Below are positions 1-13,297 of a stretch of 64,000 nucleotides of DNA, piece after piece. Source of the stretch: Paraphysomonas bandaiensis (taxonomy: Eukaryota > Protista > Chrysophyceae); contig CBFFRP010000119.1 of the NCBI GenBank assembly GCA_965644295.1, positions 229,758-293,757 on the forward strand, written 5' to 3'. The notes beneath the pieces were generated by a model. That model was given only the letters and a program-made list of their open reading frames with translations. It was not told the DNA's origin and did not search any database. The number at the start of each line of letters is the position of its first letter. The stretch's first letter is position 1. Made by a program: the position numbers and the translations under genes.

Positions 1-215
1 TTGCGTGGAGAAAAAAAAACAGCGTTTTTAAAACAAAAAAAAACATATAGACTGGAAAAGCCTGGCTTTGGGTATTTTTATGTACAGCAGTACCGTATAC
101 TATATGGTTGAGAAGTAGAGGACTATACACGCCATCATATGCGTATATTCTCTGCACATCATCCATCATATCTCGATAGGCATTAAACAACATCTCTACC
201 CCCCCCCTCACTCTC

Positions 216-1788
216 ATGATACAAAGCATCTACTTCATCTCTCGCACCGGGTAAGTCCCTCTCTCTGTGTGTCTCTCTTCTCTTCATAGGCCTCTGTCCT
301 GTATCAGGGAGCCTATCATAGAAAAGCACTGGCGAGGCATCACATCTCGAGCCGTCTGTGACTTCTTCTGGAATGAAGTCAGTAAGTACGACTCTCATGA
401 GGTACGTCAGATTGTTTTCCACTCCTGTGATTGGCTGATATGGTATCTTATGGCAGGAAGTGCCTCCCATTATATCTACCACACAGTACTATCTGATAAA
501 TGTATGCCGACAAGAGAACTTTCTACTTGCCATTGCCACTGGTGAGACGTCACCATTAGTTACCATTGAATTCCTTCATAGAGTACTTGACATATTCGAC
601 GAATATTTTGGAGACATAGAGGAGTCTACGATAAAAGATAACTTCTCCACCGTTTACCAATTGCTGGAAGAAATGATGGATTATGGATATCCACTTACCA
701 CTGAGCCAAACGTTCTCAAAGCAATGATTCAGCCACCCACTGTATTGTCTCGTATTCAATCTGCTGCAACAGGTCGATCAACTATATCTGACATTTTACC
801 GGATGGAACTATTTCTAATATGCCTTGGAGACAGACTGGTGTGAAGTACTCGCAGAATGAAATATACCTTGATATCGTAGAGGAAATCGATGCCACTGTC
901 GATCGTAGTGGAACTATAGTGTCATCTGAGGTATCTGGGGCGATTTTAGCGAATAGTCGACTCAGTGGCATGCCTGATTTGACATTACAATTCACCGACC
1001 CAGAGGTCATCGACGATTGCTCATTCCACCCTTGTGTGCGGTACAACAGGTACGACCGCGACAAGGTCGTTTCATTCGTTCCACCTGACGGACAGTTTGA
1101 GTTGATGCGCTATCGGGTAAATACGAAAAGCCCGGTCGTGGCTCCAGTATACTGTCAGCCGCAGGTGTCCTTCGAGTACGGAGCCGGTAAGGGTCAAATC
1201 TCGGTTATGGTCGGACAGAGAGCAGGAAGCTCGTCTTTAATATTTCCGTCCAAGAAGGGCTCAATGGTGGTGCGTTATTGATTTTATATGATTGAGCTCA
1301 CATATGTCCTCTGCATTTTACTCTTTTCAATTTAAATAACTTTTGTGTTTGTTGTGATGTTTTAGGTGGAGGAGGTGGAAGTTGTAATTCCCTTCTCGAA
1401 GGCGGTCCGTACCGCCAATCTTACGGTGACGGCAGGAACTTGCCTGTTTGATGAGGCCACCAAGGTATGAACTGCAGTGGTAGTGTGGGATATGTACGTG
1501 GACTTATTCCGTGCTTCAATTGTGCAGGTGGTCAAGTGGACAGTAGGAAAGCTTATGCGGGAGACTAGTCCTCAATTAACTGGGACTATATTATTACAGA
1601 CCGGGCAGAGCTCCCGGAACACACAAGAGACGGATACACCTCCTATACAAATGCATTGGAAAGTTCCGATGGCTTCCGTGTCTGGGCTTGCTGTAGCTGG
1701 ACTACAGCTGACAAATGAGAGGTACAAGCCGTACAAAGGAGTACGAACCATAACGAAATCAGGAAAATTCCAAATTAGATCGTCTTAG
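216..1788 (+). CDS. AP3M: AP-3 adaptor complex medium (mu) subunit, 5 exons
   Basis: The ATG at 216 opens MIQSIYFISRTG, which joins across GT-AG introns (251-307, 402-456, ~1270-1365, ~1465-1527). Mu-adaptin motifs: IIEKHWR, EFLHRV, LLEEMMDYGYPLTTEPNVL, NEIYLDIVE, SFHPCVR, SFVPPDG.F.LM.Y and YKPYKGVR.ITKSGKFQIR. Confidence 0.93.
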
Positions 1789-2392
1789 CCATTTCTGTAA
1801 CTAGTAGTATATATGTATCTTAAGCGAATTACTTGTATTCATTCACAATGTCATTATAAAATAACAAATGTAGCAGTTATACTTTATATGAAGTTTAATG
1901 GATAGTCATATTTTCAGACACGCATAATCGGTTTTCAAGCACGAAGCATTAGTTCATTAGTATAGCAATATCAATGTTTATGAGAGTTTGTTTATAGCAG
2001 AGCCCAGATTGATACGACCGATTTTCACAAGTGAACGGCAACTAGACATATTGAAATAATGTTGATATGTCTGCGTGTGAATTGATTATTACGCATCATG
2101 TATTAAAACCAAAACTTGAGATCGATCTGTTACTATGCCAATGTACAACCAAACCTTACTTACATAATAGTAGCTTATTAATACTTATTGGGAGTAGTTA
2201 GTGTGTACTTTTGTTGCAATACTATACAAAGGAATACAACCACAATACCAGGAGAAGACACAAAATATTACACCTGTAATTATTAATTATATATATAGTG
2301 GCGTTGATACTCAGCCACAACAACTCCTAGAAGATAATTCAACAAGTACCCTGTCTTACAAAGCTTAGGTTTTAGTCATCTGCTTCGACAAT

Positions 2393-2929
2393 TTAGCGGT
2401 AGAATGCAGCTTCCGGTTCTAAAGTACCCCATTTGACAGTGTAACCTGTTTTGATAAGAATGTCTGGCGTACCATCTACAGAAAAGTCATCAATAACGAC
2501 AATATCGAACTCATCACTCTGATGCCTCAATGCATGTAGCGAAGATAACGTAGCATCAATGTGGTTACAGGTAGTCAAAACGACCAAAGTTCTGGTGTGT
2601 GTAACTATAGAAGAAGTCAACCGTTCACATATTTTTTCACAATCCGTTCCCAAAAGTAGTGGCAAAAATAAGTCCGATACATAAGATTATTGTGGATCGC
2701 TATGGGAATGATCATTCTCATAACATCAGACAATAGAAATGAGTTACAGTCATAGTATGAATTTTTCTATATCACCACTACCACTCGAAGATCCATCATA
2801 AATACCAACATGAATTTCATGAATATATGTCTTATTTATATTGTAATTGATTGTATATGGATATAATGTCCATTGAGCATATAAACCCACTATATTATAT
2901 AAAAATACTATTATAACTCTATATCTCAT
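2393..2929 (-). pseudogene. Truncated or degenerate family-2 glycosyltransferase-like fragment
   Basis: GT-A fold start LVVLTTCN...DIVVIDDFSVDGTPDIL. An in-frame upstream ATG (2929) with a signal-peptide-like leader is separated from it by four in-frame stops. The domain ends prematurely. Confidence 0.5.
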
Positions 2930-3849
2930 GTTCCCTTTTATATAATGTAATAAGGGGGAATAAAGAGAGTGTTGAGAATGCAGGATGACGCAGAGAGTGA
3001 GCTGAAAAGAAAAGTCGGTAAAAGTTTTGATGACTGAAGCAGTACTGATAAAATGGGGATGAAATATACTAGGGTAATGGACTTAATGGTGTAGTTGTAG
3101 CAGCGCTAGTAGTAGTAGCTATCACTCCCACCTATTAGCTATGTAATCCTGGGGGTGTTTGGTAACAGAGCTCTAGTAACGAGATGAAGCAGCAGTGGGA
3201 AAAAGGAAACACTCCAATATTAAAACATTCTATATTAGTTATAGTAGCAGATTACAAGAAGGTGTAGTTATGACGTGAGTAACAACATTAGGACTATCAC
3301 GAGGCATGTCTGTCGAGGGCAAGTTTTGTGATTCATTCTATGAAGAAGAGGTAGTCAGGTATCAGCATGTACGCATGTACACACTATTCCCTCTGCATCA
3401 CCCTCATCAGGACTTTGTGAAGAGAGACCATCAGATGATGCTGGTATATCCTGACACAAAGGCTCTGATTCTCAGTAACAACAAGTACTATATCGCAGTT
3501 TATTATAGTGTATTGGGAGCAATGGTATTTGAATAGCAGACAGTAGACAGGAAATACGGTCATAATCTGGCAACTATGTAGACGTCATAGAAATAGTAAG
3601 AACAGTCGACGATGCCGCAGCAAAATTACTCGAAAAAGCCAGAGTGTTAAGCTTGTATTGCGACTTTAACAACTGTTCTGATTTAGCTTTGTATTCCACA
3701 CTATTAGAATGTAGAGTGTAGATTGCACAATCGACATGCGTTTACTCAACTTAAAGGTAAACAATAAAACGGCAGGCGTGTCATTTATATAGTTATTACA
3801 AGTGTTACCAAAGTATATAACACAGCTGAAGTCAGCGGGACTACACCAT

Positions 3850-4161
3850 CTATCTCTTCTTTCCGCCTTTTTTCGCTCTGTTGCCGTGTCCCTTCTTAGG
3901 GGGGCCCTTCCCTCTTGCGCGCAGTCTCACCAGCTTGTCTTGACGCCTCTCCTCTAAATCAGTCGTATAATCTTTTGCTAATTTCTTGAAGGAACGTGTC
4001 AAATCGGGTGGGTAGTACTTCGCAGCCACAGGGCCATAGGGTGTCTTCGCTAGTAGTTTAAAGCCTGTTCTGTGCTGGACGACTGGACGATGATTGAAAA
4101 CCTTTCTTGCGGCCTCGTCAATAATGGCCAGCACCTGTGGGGTAAATTTCCTCGCTCTCAT
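3850..4161 (-). CDS. MRPS33: Mitochondrial small-subunit ribosomal protein mS33 (Rsm27 family)
   Basis: KVFN...RTGFKLL...GP.AAKYYP...RLRARGKGPPKKG motif. The start is placed at MRARKF and is uncertain. Confidence 0.85.
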   Translation of the reverse strand: MRARKFTPQVLAIIDEAARKVFNHRPVVQHRTGFKLLAKTPYGPVAAKYYPPDLTRSFKKLAKDYTTDLEERRQDKLVRLRARGKGPPKKGHGNRAKKGGKKR

Positions 4162-5589
4162 ATTTGCACTACAAGCAGAGGACGTATTTATAATCAGTGA
4201 CCTTAATGCGTGTTGTGTATGCATATATACACACACAACTCCAGCCATAGTCATATGCAGACAGCAGCTATACACATATACGGCGATATACGACAGTGTA
4301 CAGCTCAGGCTGTGCCACTGGTAACTAGGAATACTGCTGTACTCTGTACTCTGTACTGCTGTACTCTGTACTGCTGGTATACCGCACCACTTAGCTATCT
4401 ATCATATGGCGAAGGAATACAGTGTATATAGAGCGTATCCTCTACCTCCTGTTGTTATACATATATACATACATACATCTACATAGATATCATCCACTGC
4501 ATGCATCCAGAGCAAGTAACGGCAAACACAAGAAAACATATCACTTGCTCGTAGAGTGTGCTGCAATGGTATTTCTTCCGAAGTTTAATTGGCCCCAGAG
4601 TGCCTCCCATCTCCCTATGTGAAACAGCAAGTACTCATACGTCTCATCTTCGGCATTCACATGGACGCCATTGTGCAGCCAGACGTATACCAGTACGAGC
4701 AAAGGTGGAGTGACTGAGACACACCCTGCACAGCGAAGATTCTTTTCTTGTCTGTTCTGCTCCCTCCAGATGATGATTCATTGGGCCTCATCACTGATCT
4801 CATGACTGTGGTGGTGAGGGACCGCGCATTGATAGTGCTTTAGTGTCGTCTTCAAGATATCGGACCTCAAAAGATCTTATGCAACATTAGGCTGAATCCT
4901 CACATATTCCATGTCTCATGCGAGGTCTATATCCTGTACCATGACCACGTTTCCGCTGCCACTTGGTCTTCATCTTAGGAATTAGCGCTTCTGGACCTAG
5001 AACAGCTACTGCGCTTGTTATTCTATTTGTTAGCCTTGATTTATGTTATTCCCAGAGAAATGCACTAGAAATATATCTAATCGATATACACTACTACAAT
5101 TCTAACAATGATCGTTGTACTCTGCATACTGATGTGTATTTATAGGAGTATATAGCCAGATACTGACGTTGCAGCATGTATGTTCTGCATGAATACATAT
5201 TGTAGGTGATACGGTGCTTCGTGGTCAGTGTTGTTTAGTTGACCAATTACTTGGGTACTGGCAAGGTGACTTTATTAACGGTAGATTTTGCGTGTTATTA
5301 CTTATATTGGGTTGTCGTATATAAAGAAGTGAAGTGTGGCTGATAAAATTTAAAGAGTAAACAGTTCCAATTGTTAGTAATAACTCATGGTTATATGAAT
5401 GAAAAATATCTCAAGATATGTCTATTATAGCGAGGAGACTTACTTAAAATCACTATTATTTCAACTCTAAGACTTTAACATACAACAATACTACTTTCAC
5501 TTAGACGTAGATAATTACTTCCATTTGGTAATATCTTACATGTCGTGAATAGTACTATATACTACAGTACTTCAATTTTTACCTATTAT

Positions 5590-7665
5590 CAGTATCCAAT
5601 AATGATAATTGCAATTGTTTGACCAGCATCCTAGTATTGGCATTGCAATTAATTTACGATAATGCTGAAACAAAATCTCATCCCAAAGATGCCAATTTTT
5701 ACACAGAAACATCAACATTTCAAGATGACTAACTGCTTGAGGAACTCAGTCGTAACTATCTTAGCACTTCTAACTAACCTCTCAAGAGCATTGGTAGTGA
5801 TATACAAACAATTTAATGCTGGCAGTTTGGTGCGTTCTTTCTTGTGCTTTTGGATGTCTTTAAGTAAAAACGAATGCCGTCATCATCCTCTTTCTGTTCA
5901 TCGAATTCACCTTCATCTGTGCATTTATCAAAAAGCGTTGCATCTGTGCTTTTTCAGCGTGGTTCGGTTCTGCTTCTATACAATGCTAAATCTTGACTAC
6001 TGCTTTTTCGAAACCCTCAACAAAGTCGGACTCGCACCTTTTCGTGGTGTTCTGGGGGATAAGAGTACCGGAGAGATTCTCTCTGGGAAACTAACGTGAG
6101 CCGCAAACATAGTCAGCAGATATTGTTCTGCCCACTCATAGCCAAATGCTTGTGTGGTACAAGGGACACTAATAAGTGTCACTTGTGTAGACGTCTTTGG
6201 GCCCTGACAAATAAACAGGCATCCGGGAATGGGCCCACCTCAAGGGCATCCGGGACAGGGCCCACCAGAAGGGTAACCGGGGTATTGGGCTGCCTGCTGA
6301 AGTTAATCATCCGGGATGTTCACCTTAAGAACTCAAAACACCTGAAGTCAGCAGATGTCAGGTATATCAACATTCTGCTTGCTCCCTGCGTTTGCTTTGA
6401 GTGATTGATGCTGAGTATGAGTTCACATTATTCGGTATCTGTGTGGCCAATGACCGAGGTAATGCGTCAAACTTTCCTCATGGATGCATGGCAATGGCAA
6501 TGATGTGCTTAGACCTGTCATGTCTTCTCACACGTCTACTGCCTAGTCTTGGTTTCTCCTGACCCAGGTCATTGAGATTATATCAAGGCTCTGGCACTGT
6601 TCTCCAAGCAGTGTCAGGTACATTTGTGGTGCTTTTATGTTATTCTTGCTTAGTAGGTTTTCATCCGAGCGGGGAAGGTGCACGGTTTCCTACTAGTGTA
6701 AGTCACTCGGGAGAAGAGTGCAAGGTGGATGCATGTGCTGGACGAGTGCACACAATGGAGGGAAGACATTGGAGTCGGCTTGAATTTGTAACAGATTTTG
6801 GTAGATGTCTGTTTCATGCGTCAGTGTGCAAAATTGCACCAGTGAGACCGCTTCGTGACCGTGGGAGGACCCGGCGCTATAGAGCTACTTTATTCTCCCT
6901 TCCAGACTACCTGCTGCTGTGAACACTACCTTGAAGAGGGCCCTAAAGATCTGCCGCATATACAGGAGACATATGCCGAAGACACCGACCGCAAGGTGTT
7001 TGTGTTAGGACAAGTAGATTGGGCAGGAGCGTATGATCCGGCTTAAACACGCAACTCGTCGTATGCCCATGTAGCTAACTAAATCGTGTTGTATAGTTGA
7101 GCACTTGTCGGTGCATGCAATAGTAACTAGATGAGAGTCATGTTATGCATAGTGTCGCGCGAGTTGTTAGGTTGGTCGCGGCAACGCACAAGCTTGCGCT
7201 TCTTAATAATCAGATTTTCAATTATCTTTTTCGAAATGCACCCAGGTATCTGCACCCAGGTAGAATTCATCCCCGGGTACTCACAAATTAATCATCAAAT
7301 TGCACCCGGATATCATCCAGATGAAGCTGTTCTTCGCCGTCTGATTCAAAAGTTTACTGACGATGTTTTCTAAGTAAGACAACAGTGCCCATTTCCTGGT
7401 ATAGCAGTATAGCATAGAAGCAGTTGTTGCACAACTTCTCCATATATCCAAACTGCAAACAACCATACGATTATAATTAATACTGATAAAATTGCTGTGT
7501 ACATAATTTCAAATTCTTCTATGCTAACAGATAACGGGTTTGTACCGACGGTCAGTAGCTAGACAGCTTAAGATGCTATAACATTAAGCCGCCAATTAAT
7601 AGGCAGTTATCACTTTTAAAACTAATTAAACTAATTGAAAATTCAATAAATTGTTTCGCAACCTG
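5590..7665 (-). mobile_element. Degenerate hAT-type DNA transposon derivative, interrupted by an insert at 6014-7225
   Basis: Minus-strand transposase C-terminal remnants FEKAVVKI*, TNALERL.RSAKIV and LEMLMFLCKNWHLW. Colinear with the element at 42483-43941. The right terminus TTGTTTCGCAACCTG ends at 7665; the left boundary is approximate. Confidence 0.7.
6014..7225. mobile_element. Unclassified insertion flanked by an 11-bp direct repeat (CTTTTTCGAAA)
   Basis: Direct repeats at 6003-6013 and 7226-7236, with the hAT coding remnant resuming across the insert. Its left ~400 bp recur, diverged, at ~35908-36127. Confidence 0.6.
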
Positions 7666-8063
7666 GTTATTATTACCGCTGATGTTTTAATTTCTGTAAT
7701 GTTGACAATATTTAGAAACAAATCACAAATATTATCGTATGATAGGCAACTCTTACCATCTGTTGATACCACAGACAGATGAAGAAATTCTAGTTGTTCT
7801 ATTGCTTACTAGCCCTATAGCAATATCATAAATTGGTAATATCGAACACTTATCTACAAAAGAGGCTATAAGCGACATTATAACAAATGAAATCGGTTAC
7901 ACAAAGCTCCTGGTCTACGTGTGCAATCAAGGAACGAGGAAGGTGTAAATATAACTGTATAAAACCACAAAAACAACTAAGAGGTTGATGTAGAAAATAG
8001 TACAATACTGTGCAAGTCAATGGCAGGCACACTCGACGATGAATAAGTGGAAATACTAGAAGG

Positions 8064-9246
8064 TTAGATAGAAAATGACGCCAATTGTGATCCAATGTGT
8101 TCCACCAACAATGTCATTTCATGCAGCTGACGAAATACACAATGAAAATGAGAAATCCGCAGACAGTAACACCACTACTCACCGACATATGCTCATAGCT
8201 TGGTAAATGAGTAAAGAGCGCAGGCATCAGTGCGCCGCTGCGAACTCGGAGTGACAGAGTCCTTATAGCATGCAGTGTACGGAATAAGGTCTCATTGCAG
8301 AAGAAGGTTCCTATGTCGATTTCTAATCAAAACACAGCGCGCAAAAAAAATGTTCTGCCCGTAAAACGGAATTGCATACCTGCGTCCCGGCTCCAAACCT
8401 CAAGTAAGTGTTTCCTTAGCCGTAATTTTAGTATTCCTGCAACATATTGGTCAGATAAGTCGTTAAATGATTCACAATAAGTACACCTGGAATATTCTGA
8501 GATCGTAGCACCTCACCAGCAGACTTACATCTTATCTTCCCGTGGCGTGGATCGGTACACTGAACATCTAAGGCGTAAACAAGAGCCTCTTCCAGTGATA
8601 AGCGGCCCATATCAGCCGTTGTTGGTAATTGACACTCTGCTCCCGGCACTGCAGGGGTACCTAAACATCATCAAAGGTATCCGTGACGGAGCAGTTTGAT
8701 GTGAATACCTATGTTCTCATCCGCATCAGTATTGCTCAAACAACTCTCCGATATTCCATGACTGTTCAGGCTTCCATCAGCCTGGTGGTTAATACCGAAA
8801 GTTTCAAGCTTCAATCCCTTCGCAGAATCCTCCAACCCTAAATGAAGCACAGCGTCGTAATGAACCGAGTCTCCACGATGCAGCATATCTGCAACGGAGC
8901 TACTTCCAGTACTATTTACAGGTAAGACGAGTCCTTCAAAACAAACACGAATATATTTCGCATTTTCAGTATGATGAGACTTGAAGTCAGTGCATTTCCC
9001 GTGTATGGAGTCAGCGACATCACCGGAGGGGTTCTGATCATATCCACTGAACGGCTCAAAGCCTGTTACAAGAACTCTGGTTTCCTTAAGTGGAAAAGAG
9101 GCTGACTGGAACTGCATAGGTGTATAAAATATGAATCCAATACAGAAGAGTCCAAACAATCCGCACACTGCCATCTGAACAGTGTGTGGTCGCCTGTTGA
9201 GTTTAACAGCACCTGAGGAGATCTCCTCATACTTGGGTGCATTCAT
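8064..9246 (-). CDS. Pyroglutamyl-peptidase I (peptidase C15) with an N-terminal hydrophobic helix, multi-exon
   Basis: VLVTGFEPF...NPS, VLHLGL, LET (catalytic Glu), spliced WSRDAG|TFFCNE (catalytic Cys) and FTHLP (catalytic His). Stop TAA at 8064-8066. Confidence 0.85.
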
Positions 9247-9741
9247 GCAGCCTTCAATCATAATTAGGATGTGAGTTGATACCAATTAAAGTGTTCTTGT
9301 TGAGATATGGTAAAGAGTGTGTTGGACATATATAGAGTATACATTGTATGCACTGCTGTATACAAGATGGGCCTGAGTGTACTTTTTACAAAACTATACA
9401 CTGAAAATCTGTCTGACCCAATAAGATACGCTCCTAAGTTAGATGTGGTTCACCTCCACTCAGCTTCAACATCGCAGAAGTGAGTGTGTGCACCAGATTC
9501 ACAAGTACAGCAGCACTACAGATACGATATATGGTATACCATATGCGCTGACGGGAAGAGATGTGCGGACAGGTCGGTATCGTTTTTTCGCGTTTTCTCA
9601 TTTGAAGTTGAGGGGGAAGTGACAAAACGAAGTCTATTTATGGTTGTATGGATAATTAATGAACGAGTAATGTATGAAATATCTCGCAGGATAGATATAG
9701 TAACCGCATTATAGTATCACATCACCCGCTTACATTGAAAC

Positions 9742-12012
9742 ATGGAACTGGCCATTAACTCCATGAAGAAATCATCATCCGTGGACGCAATCATGACGGA
9801 TTCTATGCGTGAAGCTGCTCAGGAGGCCTCAATAGAAGATGGAGTAGCTAGTGGAGGGCCAGTTGCTTATAACAAACGAGAAATACGCAGAGGAAAATGG
9901 ACACCAGAAGAAGAAGCTTACGCGAATCGGCTGATTGAAGAGTTTAAAGCGGGACTTTTACCGATCGCAGAGGGAACCACACTACGAACATTTTTATCGA
10001 AAGTTTTGCACTGTGATCCTATGAGAATAAGTAAGAAGTTTGTTGGAAGTAATTGTATTGGAAAGGTACACTTCGCCCGCTTTTTTGGGGGGTTGATTTG
10101 ATTCCGTTTTTCGCAGCAAGTCTACCGGCAAAGACGACAAGATATTGATATGATATCTGAGGAGAAAATTGCGCGTAGCAGACGGGAGCTGAGGGAGCTT
10201 GAGAGAATGTATCTAGAGCGCTCTAAGCAGTCTAGCCATCAAAAGGCGTCTAAAAGTATAACTAGTTGGATTTTTCATTGTTTTTTTTAATTGCAGTTTT
10301 GCGCAGACAAAGGATCGAAATCCACTGACGCAGACAGTAAGCGCAAATCTGCGCAGAGTCCACCGAAGATTCCCTCAATGTATACTCAGGATCACCCGAG
10401 CTACTCGAGTGGGCAAATGGGCTATCCATCTATGCAGGAGTACCCACAGTACCCTCCACCTTGGATGCCCGCGGATAGTCGTCAACATAAGCCGGCACAG
10501 TATATGGGAGGACCTCCTCCCTCAGCAATATATGGAGGCAACCCTCACGTTTTCACGGGGCAGCATTACAATTTGGCCCCTCCTCCTAGACCCAGTCAAT
10601 ATGGCGAATACTATATGCGTCACGTTTCTCAGCCCTCAGATCACCAGCAGCCGCCATACCCGCCTCGAGACATGCGAATGTCTGGCGGAATGGGACAATA
10701 CGGCCTTGCTCAGCACTATGCTTCCCAATCACGAAATCACCCTCCATTGCCTCCTCGTCAGGGACAGCATGACATGAGCCGTCCTGCGGATTATGCTCCC
10801 ACAGGTGGTAATGGGGAAGGAAGAGGAGATACCTACCCTATGTACAAATCATACCAGTCTTCCGGTCAGCTCTCTGCTTCAGATATTGACCTTTGCAACA
10901 TGCTGCCTGACAGTTTTACGTCGACTTCCTCTCTTGATTTACTGGGCACACTTGCAGAGTTGAAACTTCCATCAGCAAAGAGTCTCGAAAATCTGCAGAA
11001 TTACGGGATGGATATGGTACCCAGTGGAACGTCACTATCTGAATGGTATGCTTTGCTACCGTCAGATAACCCATCAGCAGAACAGGATCGGCAAAATTCA
11101 ACGGGTCATCAGCAGCATGGAGAACAAAGTGGTAAGGGTGGTAGTACTGGATCTACTCAGGATGGCGATTCCACAAGAGGATTCACCCAGAGCGGTCCCA
11201 ATTCTAGTCATTCCCCGTCGTCCACCCATATTTCTGATAGTGGTGACAAGGCTGGGGCAGGCTCCCTCAAACATTCTCTGTCTAAAGAGCTAATTGCGGC
11301 AGCCGCAGCCGCTGAGGCCCAAGACAAAGTTCCTAGCAACGGTACACACTCGCAACAACTAGGCGCTGAAGAGGGCAAAGACTCTCGAATCGGAAGTCCA
11401 TCGACGTCAGATGCACCAGCAGCTGCAGTGAACGTATTCAGTCTTCCCCGCTCACGTCAGGTTTCTGGTTTCTCTGATACAGAGTCAAGAACATCTTCTA
11501 TCAATAACTTCATGTAAGTAGCATATCTTGCATACCATTATGCACTATTCGACATTTGTTGTTCCATGGATCTTTTTGTTATGGATTAATGCAGGATGCT
11601 AGTCGATACGGGCGCTATTCCTCGACCCGATCCCAAGGACTTGATGTCTAGCATAGGAGTTTCATCCTCAAAAATTCCTGTGGACCAGCATGGCAGTCCG
11701 GATATATCTATCGCCCCTCCACTGTCATCCGTTGACGCGGACAATGCAACCGACACCAAAGGAACTGTCGAAGTGAAGGAGACTGTCGCGCCAGTACATT
11801 CTCCGTCAAATCCTACCTCTGAGGCCCCCCAAGAAAGGGTCACTATAGGCAGGACAGACTCTCAAGTCGGACTAAGTACGGATGAAACCCGCACTACATC
11901 ACATGAACCTTCTCCCAATTCCGAAAGCACGAAGAAACGAAAGATAGAAGAAGTAGATGGCCTTCCAGAGGTAGTGACCGCTGCTGTGCGGAGACCCTTC
12001 ACATGCATGTGA
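9742..12012 (+). CDS. Myb/SANT-like putative transcription factor (RRGKWT.EEE family) with a P/Q/S-rich tail, 4 exons
   Basis: RRGKWTPEEEAYANRLIEEF.AGLLP..EGTTLR.FLS..L.CDPMRISKKF.G. GT-AG introns join the ORFs at 9742, 10291 and 11596. NLS-like KKRK near the end. Confidence 0.8.
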
Positions 12013-13297
12013 TGTTGTGGTTTGTCTCGCGGCACACTCAATTCGATTTTAATTACACTCTGTTCGCTGATGCATTATACGAATTAATTCTGCATAGCTG
12101 TGTTGTATGGATGTGATTTATGATAGCATGTTAACAATGTGTAAAGAATAATAGAGCTGATGAATAGTACTTTCATGTACATATATCGGACTGTAGTACC
12201 CTTTGTAAAGCGTGAATGCTATCAAACTGACATTTGCTTGTCATTGTAGTTTAGAAATTGTAGAGTTATCGGTACAAGTGGAGCTGAAAGAAGTGCTTTA
12301 CTTAGAAGTAGTATTGTAATGGTCAGTATAACGTCACACCATTTCTGAAAGCCATGCTCAGACGACATGACGAAAAAAAATACAACCTTCAAGTTAAATA
12401 ATATACTACAGGTTTGCTGTTTCTATAATAAATTGGGGTCAAACCTACATTTTTCTCAAGAAGAAAACAAACTAAACAACAGCACTAATCTCTAACCTAC
12501 GCCCTGTAACCTACTAACTGATATAAGCAGCTTTTCATATCATAAGTGAGTAGGAGTCTACTGTTAGTATTGAAGGACAAGTGTGTAAATCTATTTTATG
12601 CAACATCAGTACAGTAGCTAATTCCTTTTCCTCCAAAGAACATCTGTAGAAATGACCTCCTATACGACCATTCTAAGATTGTTCTAATATCTGTATTTTT
12701 CAGACATTCACGATCGCATAAATAAGCATAATCTAGTATGAAAACCCTATGAAGTAGGGAACTATCGCATATTATGCATTTCCCCATGCCTATCATGTGC
12801 TATAATTCACCTCTACAGAATATTCAAATAATTTTCTAGTATAATGTATATAGATGTAAGAAATGCATTATTTTGTCTTCATTTACACGTACATGGTATA
12901 GTTGTTGCTTTGAGCTTATTGCATGTCAGATTTAGTCTATATAACATAAGGAGAGTTCTAACTTTTTAACAAACTCACACCACCAGTATCAAACTAAAAA
13001 TATACGTACACAAAAATGATGAAAATAAATGAAAATCCTTTCAATTTTCCATTTCTTTCAACAACCATTCCGTTACGCTTGATATTTTGCCCTTGCAGTA
13101 AATAGAACTTACAGTACATTACATTTCTCTGTAAGCAGCATATATATGGCTAGTATAGTAGAATGTAATGCACTTGGAGCCGTGTTTACTAAGAGCAATA
13201 TATATATGTCGTGAAGTGCTAGAGAATAGTTGAAAGAAAAGGATATTTGAAAAATTGTTTATTGATTATCACCATTATTTCATTCTATTATATATAG

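Noticed and set aside
4769-4895. C/D box snoRNA candidate (ATGATGA...CTGA)
   Set aside because: No terminal stem or recognisable rRNA antisense element; the region reads more like decayed coding sequence.
10246-10306. GC-AG intron in the Myb-like gene
   Set aside because: A standard GT-AG intron (10256-10306) restores the frame.
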